Positions 38,425 to 48,623 of a stretch of 64,000 nt of DNA are shown here, piece after piece. A program made the translations under genes and the position numbers. How positions within the stretch are numbered: position 1 is the stretch's first letter; each line of letters starts with the position of its first letter. The stretch lies in the NCBI GenBank assembly GCA_965248195.1, contig CBDFIQ010000001.1, positions 32,001-96,000 on the forward strand, read 5' to 3'. The DNA is from Longimicrobiales bacterium (GTDB taxonomy: Bacteria; Gemmatimonadota; Gemmatimonadetes; Longimicrobiales; Gaopeijiaceae). A model generated the notes under the pieces. That model searched no databases and was not told the DNA's origin. It saw only the letters and a list, made by a program, of their open reading frames with translations.

Positions 38425-40404
38425 CTAGCGACGCATCCGCCTGCGGGGGGGCGCATTCGTGATTCCTCTCACGAGGGAAGCAAAGCGCGGATCGGGCCTG
38501 ATGACATCCCAAACTGCGTCCGTTCTCAAGGACACTAAACGTCGGTCGCGGTCGCGAACCGCATCCTCCAGAGACGCCAGTGCCTGGTCGGTGTCTCCTA
38601 CCGCGGCCTGCGCCGCCGCTAAATACACCGGAGAGACAAACTCTCCCTCAGACGCCCGCTCCTGCAGAACGGCCAACCGCCACTCCCAGTATCCCTCGGC
38701 GCCGTTTCGGCGTAACCGCTCGTCGAGCTGGTCCACGGATTCGGCGTCACCCCCGCCGTGGTCCACCCACATCCTTCGCATGTCGAGAAGCTCCTCGTAC
38801 TCGCCTCGGGACGAGTAAAGTAGCTCGAGGGCCTCCCACGCCTCCTCGTGCTCCGGCGACCGCACGCAGACCGCGTTGAGGACCTCCAGCGCCTCTTCGG
38901 TCCGCCCGGCGGCGTTGAGCCGCTGGGCCGCCGAGACCAGGCGGGCCGACTCCACCGAGGCCATCCGCTCGCTCCGGGTCGCCCAACCGGCCCACGCGGC
39001 CCGGAGTTGCCGGCCCACCTGCGTATAGCTCTCGAAGATCCGGGTGGAGTCGCGCCTAAATTCGCCGGATCTCGATACGAGGTTCGGATCCACCGAGATG
39101 ATGGTGAGGGTGTCTCCGGCAGCCGCTCCGACGCCCACACCGGCGCTCTCGGTCGGCGACCTATGGATGATGCGAACCTCGCTCATGGGCTCAGCCGTAT
39201 CGATTCCGGTGCGTTGACCGAACAGCTCCTCGTTGAGTTGCTCATCGATGAGCGCCAGAATGTCGTGGACTTCGGGAAGCTCCTGATCCATTTCGAACGC
39301 CTTCAGCGCCATCACCCGCGCCCGCACCAGGGACTCGGTCGGATCCGAAGGCTGAGCAAGGCCCAGCATCAACTCGGTACTGGCCAGGCCGACATATGCG
39401 CCCGCGAAGGTCGGGTCCACCTCCAGCGCCCGCCCGTAGTGATCCAGGGCGGCCCGGAGTCCCTCCGGCGTCTCCTGGAATTGCTCGAAACGGGCCCTCA
39501 TGAACGCATCGTTGGCCTCGGGCACCTCACTCACCGGGGCAAAGGAGAGCATGGGCGTATCCCCATCCGTGGACAGCTCTCTCTTGAGCTCCTCGGCGAT
39601 GGCGCCGGCCACCTCACTCTGGAGGGCCAGGACATCCGAGAAGCTGCGTTCGTAGCTCCGTGCCCAGACCTGGGTGTCGCTCGCTCCATGGATCAACTGC
39701 ACCGTGATCCGGACCTCGTCGCCCGCACGAAATACCGAGCCCTCCACGACTCCCTCGACGCCCAACTCTCGGGCGATTTCGGGGACGGTGTTGTTAGTGG
39801 CCGCGTACCGTCTCACGGACGTCCGGGAGACAACCCGAATCTCTGGAAGCTGGCTCAGGCGCTCGATCAGCGCCTCGTGCATGCCTGCAGCGAAGTAGTC
39901 TTGTTCCGAGTTCTCCGAAAAGTTCTGGAGCGGGAGGACGGCGAGGGAACGGATCGTTTCGGCCGGGTCGTAGGCCACGGGAATGACCGATGGCCCCAGA
40001 GCGGTGGTGACCCCATCGGTGCCCGGGACGGTGTTCAGGACCCACCACGAGCCGACCCCGACCACCGCGAGCAACGTCACGGTCAGTATTGCCAGACGAG
40101 GAAGAACGCCGGTCGAGGGCGCATCGATCAACGCATCGCCATCGTACTCCAGGGCGGCTGTCACCCTGATACCGTCGGATGTGATATCGAAAACCCAAGC
40201 GAGCACCATGACGGCGGGGAACCCCAGAACCACGAACACCACCACGAGCTGAAGAGCCCACTCGGCGGAGAAGGCGGGGAGGACGATCTCACTGAGCTGT
40301 AACACCACGAAGGCGACGGCCGCGTAGCCCACCGCCACCCGGAAGACCCGGCGACGCCGCAGCTCCGCCATGAAGTACGTCAGCTTGGAAGGCTGTTCAC
40401 TCAT
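38425..40404 (-). CDS. Membrane protein with TolB-like N-terminal (TolB_N/FlgO-like) and TPR domains
   Basis: ELRRRRVFRV plus 3 TMs, SLAVLPLQNFS...YFAAGMHE, VRITVQLI, DPRF C-terminus. Confidence 0.85.
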   Translation of the reverse strand: MSEQPSKLTYFMAELRRRRVFRVAVGYAAVAFVVLQLSEIVLPAFSAEWALQLVVVFVVLGFPAVMVLAWVFDITSDGIRVTAALEYDGDALIDAPSTGVLPRLAILTVTLLAVVGVGSWWVLNTVPGTDGVTTALGPSVIPVAYDPAETIRSLAVLPLQNFSENSEQDYFAAGMHEALIERLSQLPEIRVVSRTSVRRYAATNNTVPEIARELGVEGVVEGSVFRAGDEVRITVQLIHGASDTQVWARSYERSFSDVLALQSEVAGAIAEELKRELSTDGDTPMLSFAPVSEVPEANDAFMRARFEQFQETPEGLRAALDHYGRALEVDPTFAGAYVGLASTELMLGLAQPSDPTESLVRARVMALKAFEMDQELPEVHDILALIDEQLNEELFGQRTGIDTAEPMSEVRIIHRSPTESAGVGVGAAAGDTLTIISVDPNLVSRSGEFRRDSTRIFESYTQVGRQLRAAWAGWATRSERMASVESARLVSAAQRLNAAGRTEEALEVLNAVCVRSPEHEEAWEALELLYSSRGEYEELLDMRRMWVDHGGGDAESVDQLDERLRRNGAEGYWEWRLAVLQERASEGEFVSPVYLAAAQAAVGDTDQALASLEDAVRDRDRRLVSLRTDAVWDVIRPDPRFASLVRGITNAPPRRRMRR

Positions 40405-40614
40405 GGTCTTCAGCCGTTTAATCCAATGTATCGAGGAGACCCAACCCATCTTGAACATCGCTCTGCCCTCACGCTCCTTCAAGACCACCGAATGGGTCCC
40501 CCGAACGCCGGGATCCACCTAACACGTAAGAGGCTGATCTGGATCCATTCGTTAAAGAGGGGCGGGCGTCTGAAAAGCCTTCAAGCCACGGCAGGGGGAG
40601 GCGTCCGTAAGCCT

Positions 40615-41622
40615 TCAAGCCACGGCAATGAAGTCGGTCCCCTCTTTCCAACTCGCCGACTCGAGTTCAGCCCGAATCCGGCTCCGAGCGCCCTCCTGGC
40701 CGACCGCCGCCACGGCGAAGCTGGCCCGGTATCGATCGACTCCGGAAGGTGATATGACCGGGGCCCCGTGAACGCACTGACCGATCTTCCGCGGATCGAG
40801 ATCGACGAAAGCCCGTACGGTCCCGCCTTGCTGCTGAACTTCCCGTGCAAACGCTTTCCCGATCGGCCCGGCCCCCCAAACCACCAATCCATCACGATCC
40901 CGGGCCAGCGTGTCGAGCAGGTAGTGGACTTTGCAGCGCCGAAAGGCCTCGGGTGTGTACGACTCGTGCCGAATCGAAGTCCGGTCGCCCCGAATCCGCC
41001 ACTGCAGCAGCATCTGATCGACCGCCGCCAGCCGACCGCCAGACCGCCAGACTCGGAGCAGCAGATCGTAATCCTCCGGCCACCCCCGCTCCACGTACCC
41101 GCCCACCCCCGCCACCACGTCCGCCCTCAAGAAGAAGGTGGGGTGCGCCAGCGGGCATTCGATGAACAGGTTTCGTTCCACGTCATCCGGGGTGCGAATG
41201 GCGTTGATCCAATCCTCGTAACGTCGCCCCCCGCCCCGCACCCCGGTCCTGGGGAAGTACCGGACACCCGCCCCGCACCCGGCCAGGTCGGGCCGCCCCT
41301 CCAGCAGCGCGAGTTGCCCGGTGAAACGCATGGGCTCAGCGATGTCATCCGCATCCATGCGCGCCAGATAACGGCCCCGGGCGCTGTTCCGACCCACCTC
41401 GAGCGCACGTACGATACCCCTGGGCGCCTGGCGAACCAGGGTGACCCGGGAGTCTTCAGCGGCCCACGCTGAAAGGAGTTGCGGGCTTTCGTCCGTCGAG
41501 CCGTCGTCCACGGCGAGCACCTCGAAGTCCTCGAACGTCTGGGCACGAAGCGATGCGATGCACTCGGGCAGATACGGCGCGGCGTCGCGCACCGGGAGAA
41601 GGACCGAGATCGTTACCGACAC
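40615..41622 (-). CDS. Glycosyltransferase family 2
   Basis: ISVLLPV, VDDGSTD, RMDADD, EDYDL. Confidence 0.92.
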   Translation of the reverse strand: MSVTISVLLPVRDAAPYLPECIASLRAQTFEDFEVLAVDDGSTDESPQLLSAWAAEDSRVTLVRQAPRGIVRALEVGRNSARGRYLARMDADDIAEPMRFTGQLALLEGRPDLAGCGAGVRYFPRTGVRGGGRRYEDWINAIRTPDDVERNLFIECPLAHPTFFLRADVVAGVGGYVERGWPEDYDLLLRVWRSGGRLAAVDQMLLQWRIRGDRTSIRHESYTPEAFRRCKVHYLLDTLARDRDGLVVWGAGPIGKAFAREVQQQGGTVRAFVDLDPRKIGQCVHGAPVISPSGVDRYRASFAVAAVGQEGARSRIRAELESASWKEGTDFIAVA

Positions 41623-41623
41623 T

Positions 41624-44587
41624 TCAGCCCGCTGCCCCGTCCGTGGCCCGGACCGCGGCAAAGCCCGGCACCGCGCCCGCCACCCCACCCGCCGCCTCGT
41701 CCAGCACCTCGGCGAGATACCGTCCGGTCGCACTTTCGGGAACGGAGACCACAGCCTCGGGACGCCCCATTGCCACCACCTGTCCCCCCTGGGCGCCCGC
41801 CCCCGGCCCCAGGTCGATGACCCAATCGGCGGCCTTGACCACTTCCAGGTTGTGCTCGATCACCAGCACTGAGTTTCCGGCATCCACCAAGCGGTTCAAG
41901 ACCTGGAGGAGCTTCCTCACATCGTCCCCCGAGAGGCCGGTCGTGGGTTCGTCCAGGATATAGAGCTTACGCCCCTTCTTTCCGGAGGCCCGCACCAACT
42001 CCCGAGCAATCTTGAGGCGCTGAGCCTCACCACCGGACAGGGTCGGGGCCGGCTGTCCGAGCTTGAGGTATCCGAGACCGACCTGCTGGAGCTGCCAGAG
42101 GATCCGCCCCAGCCGGTCCTGGCGTATGAAAAAGCGGATCGCCTCGTCGACCGTGATGTCCAGAACCTGCGCCACATTCCGCCCCTTGAAACGCACGTCC
42201 AGCATTTCTGACCGATAGCGCGTGCCCCTGCAGGCGTCGCACTCGACGTAGACGTCCGCCATGAAGATCATCTCGATCTCGAGGGACCCAGCCCCCTTAC
42301 ACGCCTCGCACCGGCCACCCTTTACGTTGAATGAGAACGCGCCGGCGCTATACCGCCGTTCCCGGGCGAGCGGCTGGGATGCAAACAACTTCCGGACCTC
42401 ATCCCACGCCTTGATGTAGGTCACCGGGTTGGATCGCGGTGTTCGCCCGATCGGGGACTGGTCCACCAGAACAACCTCGTCGAGCATGCCGGCCCCTTCC
42501 AGGGATCCGACGTCGCCAATCACCTCCCCGAGGTGCTCCCTGGCACTCGTTTCGCCGCCCTTCAGCTCCCGCTCCAAGGCACGGTAAAGGATGTCGTGAA
42601 CCAGCGTCGACTTACCGGACCCCGACACCCCGGTCACGACCGTCATCGCTACGAGCGGAATTTCGACATCGACACCCTCGAGGTTGTGGAGGCGCCCACC
42701 GGTGAGGCTCAGCTTGTCTCCATCCACCCGCCTCCGCTTCTCGGGAACCGGAATCTCGGACCGCCCCGAGATGTAGCGCCCCGTGGCGCTGTCGGCTCGG
42801 GCAAGTTCGTCGGGTGCCCCCTGAAAGACGATACTCCCACCCTTGTCCCCCGAGGCGGGGCCCAGCTCGAGAACGTAGTCGGCTTCGCGGATGGCGAGGG
42901 GATCATGCTCGACCACCACCACGGAGTTCCCCGCATCGCGCAACTGTCCCAAAAGCGTCAGGAGGGCCGACGTGTCTTTGGGGTGCAAACCCACGGTCGG
43001 CTCATCGAGGACGTACAGCGTATCCACCAGCCGAGCGCCCAGCGAGTTGGCGAGATTGATACGCTGGGCCTCGCCCCCTGAAAGGGTTCGCATCTGGCGG
43101 TCCAGAGAGACGTATCCGAGGCCAACGTCGACAAGGAAGGCCAGGCGGGCGTGTAGCTCCCGGAGAATCGTCTCTGCGATCTGCCCCTCCATCTCACTCA
43201 ACCCTAGGCCGGCGACCCATACCTGGACGTCCTCGATCGGGAGCCCGCTTACCTCGGCGATCGAGCGTTGGCCGATCTTGATGTTGAGCGCCCCCGGCCG
43301 GATCCGTGCTCCACCGCAGTCGCGGCATTTCTGGGGACTCTGGTACTGGCGGAGAAACACACGGATGTATTGTTTGTAGCGCTTCCGCTCCCGCCCAACC
43401 AGGAAGGGGATCACCCCCTTGAAGCCCTCCGCTCCAAAGAGGATCCCCTCCCGGAAATCCTCGGGAAGCTCAGACCATGGGCTATAGAGCGATGCGCCCT
43501 GGTCCACCGTGAAGGTGCGCAGCTTGGCCCGCTCGCGGCGATAGCGGGGCTTGGACCAAGGATCGACGGCACCCTCGTCGATGGAGCGGGCGGGGTTCGG
43601 AATGATGAGATCGACGTCGTAGTCCAACGTGGCGCCGAAACCCGTACACAACGGGCACGATCCGTACGGATTGTTGAAGGAAAACAGCTGGGGCGTCGGC
43701 TCGAAAAACTCGATCTCCGGGTGACTCGGGCAACGGAAGTGCTCGGTGAACACCAAACGTTTCGTGTCCTCGGAGCGGGGGGTGGACTCCGAGCGGGCGG
43801 TGTCCCCCGAGCGGGGGGTGGCCTCCCGAGAACGGGAGGCGCCACCCGATCCGTGGATCAGGACGATAGCCTCGCCCTCCCCCTCTACGAAGCAGGTGCT
43901 CAGCGAGTCGGCCAGGCGATCGCGGTCCTCAGTAGAAACCGTCAGACGATCCACGACGACGAGCGCCTCCGCCACGTCTGTGAGGTCGAAGCCGACATGC
44001 TCCACCCTCTCCGCTCCGTCCTCGCCCAGATCGACCAGCACCCCGCCCGCGAGGATCCGGACGAACCCCATCGCCCGAAGATTCTCGACCACGAGCGCGT
44101 GCTTCACCCGGCCCGAAAGCTTCAAAGGGAAGGTCACCTGGATCGGCGTGCCCTCGGGCAAGGTGAGCACGCGGCCGACGGCGCTCGTCACGGAGTCGGG
44201 ACGCACCTCGTCCCCGCCCTCCGGGCAGTACGTACGGCCCACCCGCGCCCAAAGCAGCCGGAGGTAGTCGTAGACCTCGGTCGCGGTTCCTACCGTGGAC
44301 CGACTGGACTTGGTGGGATTCTTCTGCTCGATGGCCACGGCGGGGGAGATCCCCTCGACCGAGTCGACGTCGGGCTTCTCGATGCGCTCGAGAAACTGCT
44401 TCGCGTAGGTCGAGAGCGACTCGACGTACCGGCGCTGCCCCTCCGCGAACAGGGTGTCCAGGGCCAGTGAAGACTTACCGGAGCCCGAGGGCCCGGTGAT
44501 CACCGTGAGGGCTCGCCTGGGCAGGTCGATGTCCAGATTCTTGAGGTTGTGCTGGCGCGCGCCTCGAACGCGAATCCAATCGTCCAT
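41624..44587 (-). CDS. uvrA: Excinuclease ABC subunit A
   Basis: GARQHNLK, GPSGSGKS, FSFN Zn fingers, two LSGGEAQR motifs. Confidence 0.96.
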   Translation of the reverse strand: MDDWIRVRGARQHNLKNLDIDLPRRALTVITGPSGSGKSSLALDTLFAEGQRRYVESLSTYAKQFLERIEKPDVDSVEGISPAVAIEQKNPTKSSRSTVGTATEVYDYLRLLWARVGRTYCPEGGDEVRPDSVTSAVGRVLTLPEGTPIQVTFPLKLSGRVKHALVVENLRAMGFVRILAGGVLVDLGEDGAERVEHVGFDLTDVAEALVVVDRLTVSTEDRDRLADSLSTCFVEGEGEAIVLIHGSGGASRSREATPRSGDTARSESTPRSEDTKRLVFTEHFRCPSHPEIEFFEPTPQLFSFNNPYGSCPLCTGFGATLDYDVDLIIPNPARSIDEGAVDPWSKPRYRRERAKLRTFTVDQGASLYSPWSELPEDFREGILFGAEGFKGVIPFLVGRERKRYKQYIRVFLRQYQSPQKCRDCGGARIRPGALNIKIGQRSIAEVSGLPIEDVQVWVAGLGLSEMEGQIAETILRELHARLAFLVDVGLGYVSLDRQMRTLSGGEAQRINLANSLGARLVDTLYVLDEPTVGLHPKDTSALLTLLGQLRDAGNSVVVVEHDPLAIREADYVLELGPASGDKGGSIVFQGAPDELARADSATGRYISGRSEIPVPEKRRRVDGDKLSLTGGRLHNLEGVDVEIPLVAMTVVTGVSGSGKSTLVHDILYRALERELKGGETSAREHLGEVIGDVGSLEGAGMLDEVVLVDQSPIGRTPRSNPVTYIKAWDEVRKLFASQPLARERRYSAGAFSFNVKGGRCEACKGAGSLEIEMIFMADVYVECDACRGTRYRSEMLDVRFKGRNVAQVLDITVDEAIRFFIRQDRLGRILWQLQQVGLGYLKLGQPAPTLSGGEAQRLKIARELVRASGKKGRKLYILDEPTTGLSGDDVRKLLQVLNRLVDAGNSVLVIEHNLEVVKAADWVIDLGPGAGAQGGQVVAMGRPEAVVSVPESATGRYLAEVLDEAAGGVAGAVPGFAAVRATDGAAG

Positions 44588-44754
44588 GTTCGGAATAGCA
44601 CAACAAGTCGGGGACGGCGCAACGGGGGTCCCGGCCCGGAACACGTCCCCAGGCAACGGGTAGCCCGACGCCCACGCCGACGCGCACGCCAACGTCGTAA
44701 GACGCCGTCGTCGGTCGCCGCCGTCAGCCGCCGCAGTCATCCACCCACTGAGGA

Positions 44755-46695
44755 GTGCGCGAAGTGCCTCCACCGCAGGGCGACTTCCACGAAGAAGAGG
44801 CGCTCGGCAAGGGGTACGATGCCCGCCTGATGAAGCGGCTGCTCCAGTATCTGCAGCCCTATAAACGGCACGTCGCTGTTGCGATCGTGATCCTCGTGGC
44901 CGCCTCGCTTCTCCAGGTCGTCGGGCCCTGGTTGACCCAGATCGCCATCGACGACGTGATCCCGAACCGCAACCCACCCTTGCTCGCAACACTCGCCGCC
45001 GCATACCTCGCGTCGGTCGTGGCTGGTTTCGTCCTGCTGTATGCCCAGACCGTCCTCACCACCTGGCTGGGCCAGCGGGTCATGTACGACCTACGCACGG
45101 AAATCTTTCGCAAACTCCAGCGCCTCGACCTGGGCTTCTACGACAGGAATCCCGTGGGTCGCCTCATGACCCGCATCACGAGCGACGTCGAGACGCTCAA
45201 CGAGCTCTTCAGTTCAGGCGTCGTCGCGATTTTCGGCGACCTGTTCACACTCGCCTTCATCCTGAGCGCCATGCTCTACATGGACTGGAGGCTCGCGCTG
45301 ATCACCTTCAGCGTTCTGCCGTTCGTCGTGCTCACGGCCTTCCTCTTTCGGGCGAAGCTCCGCACCGCCTACCGCGACATCCGCGTACGGCTGGCGCGCA
45401 TCAACGCATACCTCCACGAACGCATCACCGGAATCGTGGTGGTCAAACTCTTCAACCAGGAGAAGTACGACGAGCGGCGTCACGCAGAAATCAACCAGGA
45501 CTACCTGGAGGCCCACCTCCGGTCGATCACCTATTACGCGCTCTTTTTCCCGGTCATCGAGCTCTTCACCGCCATCGCGCTGGCGTTGATCATCTGGAGG
45601 GGGGGCGCCACCCTGCTCGAGGGCGCGGTAACCGTGGGTGTCCTGGCAGCCTTCATCCAGTACGCGCGCCGCTTTTTTCGCCCCATCCAGGATCTCTCGG
45701 AGAAGTACAACCTACTTCAGTCGGCCATGGCTTCGTCCGAGAGGATCTTCCAGCTGATCGACCGCGAGAGTGAGATCGTGGACCCACAGGATCCGATGTC
45801 TCTGGAGCGGCCGGTACGCGGCGAGATCGAGTTCCAGGGCGTCTGGTTCGCGTACGGCAAACGTGTTGAGGACGGCACGGTGGACGATGGCACCGACGAC
45901 CACGGCACGGACGACCAGGGCGCCGCCGACCAGGGCGCCGCCGACCACGGCACGGACGACCACGGCGCGGGCGACCATAGCGCGGACAACCACGGCGATT
46001 GGGACTGGGTTCTCAAGGATGTCAGCTTCCGCGCCGCGCCGGGCGAGCGACTGGCGATCGTGGGGCACACCGGAGCTGGAAAGACCACGATCATCCACTT
46101 GCTCATGCGCTTTTATCAGCCACAGCGCGGCCGCATCCTGCTGGACGGCCAGCCGATCGATCGGCTACGACTGGACGAGCTCCGCGAGCACATCGGCCTC
46201 GTGCTCCAAGACGTCTTCCTCTTCAGTCAGGACGTCGCCCACAACATCCGGCTGGGGGCGCAGGACATCGCGCAGGATCGGGTGCGCGAGGCCGCCGAGC
46301 GGATCGGAGCGGCCCCCTTCATCGAGCGCCTGCCGGGCGGGTACAACCAGGAACTCGGCGAACGCGGCGCAACCCTGTCGGTCGGGGAACGCCAGCTCGT
46401 GTCCTTCGCGCGGGCGCTTGCGTTCGACCCCCAGGTCCTCGTGCTCGACGAAGCCACGAGCTCGGTCGATTCGGAGATCGAGGCCAAGATCGAGGAGGCC
46501 ACCAACGAGCTCATGGCCGGCAGGACCTCAATGGTGATCGCCCACCGGCTGTCGACGATCCTAGGAGCTGACCACATCGTCGTTCTGCACCACGGGGCGC
46601 TGTGCGAGGAGGGTACACACGAGGAACTGCTGGAGCTCGGTGGGCTTTACGCCCAGTTGCACGAGCTACAGTTCGCGAGGACGCCGGTGGGGTGA
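44755..46695 (+). CDS. ABC transporter, fused permease/ATPase
   Basis: TM domain; GHTGAGKT, LSVGERQ, LDEATSS. Confidence 0.95.
   Translation: MREVPPPQGDFHEEEALGKGYDARLMKRLLQYLQPYKRHVAVAIVILVAASLLQVVGPWLTQIAIDDVIPNRNPPLLATLAAAYLASVVAGFVLLYAQTVLTTWLGQRVMYDLRTEIFRKLQRLDLGFYDRNPVGRLMTRITSDVETLNELFSSGVVAIFGDLFTLAFILSAMLYMDWRLALITFSVLPFVVLTAFLFRAKLRTAYRDIRVRLARINAYLHERITGIVVVKLFNQEKYDERRHAEINQDYLEAHLRSITYYALFFPVIELFTAIALALIIWRGGATLLEGAVTVGVLAAFIQYARRFFRPIQDLSEKYNLLQSAMASSERIFQLIDRESEIVDPQDPMSLERPVRGEIEFQGVWFAYGKRVEDGTVDDGTDDHGTDDQGAADQGAADHGTDDHGAGDHSADNHGDWDWVLKDVSFRAAPGERLAIVGHTGAGKTTIIHLLMRFYQPQRGRILLDGQPIDRLRLDELREHIGLVLQDVFLFSQDVAHNIRLGAQDIAQDRVREAAERIGAAPFIERLPGGYNQELGERGATLSVGERQLVSFARALAFDPQVLVLDEATSSVDSEIEAKIEEATNELMAGRTSMVIAHRLSTILGADHIVVLHHGALCEEGTHEELLELGGLYAQLHELQFARTPVG
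45871..45999 (+). repeat. In-frame 15-bp tandem repeat (~8.6 units)
   Basis: (cacggcacggacgac)-like units encoding HGTDD/QGAAD. Confidence 0.9.
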
Positions 46696-46730
46696 GGGCG
46701 GGCTTCAGCCCAGCTGCCGGTGCCGCTTGA

Positions 46731-48621
46731 TCAGCGCCGGACTCCGGCCACAACCTCCGGACCATCCGCAGCGACGCCCATGTTATCCGCAACCGGAGCA
46801 CTGCCCTCAATAGTGCCCCCGGCGGCCGCCAAGCTGTCGGCCACCGCGGCCGCAGCGATGCTATCCGCGACCATCCGAGCCAACGCCCGTTCCTCGGCTT
46901 CCAGCTCCATGGCCACGTACCGTTCGGACACGGGCACGATCCTGCCTCCGACGCGCATCTCGGGTTCCACACCCGGTGGATAGCCGTCCACAGGCTCCAA
47001 AGCACTCTCCGTATAGCGGCTCGACGCATTCCAGAGCAACCATTCGTCGATGCCCGCATCGTACGTCGCCTGAATCTGCGCCCGGACCTCCGGCGCTTCG
47101 TATCGGGGCGCTCCCAAGGTGAAGTCCTGAAGCCACGGCCGCGTAACTCCCGCCCCCTCTACCGCCTCAGAGCGCTGCACTGCAGATAGGAGCGCCGCCC
47201 GCACGATCTCATAGGGGTGGCCGTTCGGGTCCTGGAAGCCAAAGCTCCCAACCCAATAGTGGGACGGATAGACCATGGGGAGCGCCACGTCGACGGAACC
47301 GATGAAGCGTTCCCAGTACTGGCCGATCCCGACGTCGCTCTGGGCGGACGTGGTGGCCCCGAAGACATCCATCGTCATGGCGACCCCGGAATCCTCCAGC
47401 TCGGCCCGGGCGTACTCCAGAAAGGCCTCGACCGCGTCTCTGCGACGGCGCCCCTCGGCACCGGGGAAGACTGCCCTGGCGAGATCCTCCTGCGGGGCGT
47501 CCGGCGAAACGCACGTAGTCCCACTGGATCTCAGGGAAGCCGACCGCGGCGGCCTCCTTCGCCAAATCGACGTGGTAATCCCACACGCGCTGATCGTGGA
47601 GGTTGGCCCAGATAAGACCATTGCTGTCCACCCAGACACCGCCCGCCGTGTCCTGCACTGCCCACTCCGGCCGTACACGAATCAGAAGCGGATCCTTGAC
47701 TATCACTATGCGAGCGATCGGATAGATGCCGGCCTCCTGGAGCCGCTCGAGGAGCCCCATCAGGTCCCGAATGCGGATCTCCTGATCCGCGCCCGCCTCA
47801 CGGGCCGTCATCACTTCGGTCGCATAGCTCACGTAGCCCGAGGCGTCCTTGAGGTCGATCACGAATGTGTTTACTTCGGTCCGTGTCGCTAGATCGATGA
47901 GGGCTTGGGACCGCGCAGTGGACCCCGCCGCCCATGCGTTCACATAAATGCCCTTCACCGCATCGGGTCTGATGAACTCGAGGGGCTCCTCCGGCAGGAC
48001 AATCCGAGCCACCGAGCCGCCCCCACTGGCGCGGGCGGTCGGGGCCGGAAGGTTTTCACCGACCAATTCCTCGGCGAGCCAAGCCAACGTCTTCTCTCGT
48101 GCGCTCACTTGCGGCTCGTCATCCTCCACGACGTCGCTGTCGTCGTCATCCTCGGTATGGGCGTCGCTGTCGTCGTCAATCCTCGTGTCGTCGTCAGTCC
48201 TCGTGTCGTCGTCAGTCCCGGTGTCGGTGTGGGCGCCGCCCTGCGTATCGTCGGTGTCCGCAGCGGCGGTAGCGGCCGATCCCCGTTGAGATTCGGTTGA
48301 GCTCGCGTCCGGGTCGGCATCGGTGCCTCGCTGAGACGGCGAATCCCCTACGACCTGGGGCGAGGAGGTCGTCCGCCTCTCGAGCGTGGGCCTCCCGCTC
48401 GAGGCATTGGAAGTGGGGGCCTGAGTCGTCATGCCTGCACCCTGATTCGCAGCGACCGCGCCCGAATTCGTGCCGGCATCCGACGCAAGCACCGCCGATG
48501 TCACGGCCTCCGCACCCTCCGACGCCTGGGCGCGCCGGGCCGTTTCCCCGCCGCACGCGGCCAGCAGGACGAGACAAGTCACCGTCGAAAGCGGCGAATA
48601 TCGGGAAAGCTGCGATCGCAA
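46731..48621 (-). pseudogene. Putative glycoside hydrolase (DUF4015-like) lipoprotein, +1 frameshift at 47505
   Basis: VKGIYV, VIDLKD, EIQWDYVRF in one frame; PDAP, DVFG, PMVYPSHY, RPWLQDF, LLWN in the other; removing base 47505 restores YVRFPD. Confidence 0.8.
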
Positions 48622-48623
48622 AG

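Noticed and set aside
44588..45004. 139-aa N-terminal extension of UvrA (similar extensions on metG, MutS-like and TPR ORFs)
   Set aside because: ORF-caller artefacts overlapping neighbouring genes; conserved starts lie downstream.
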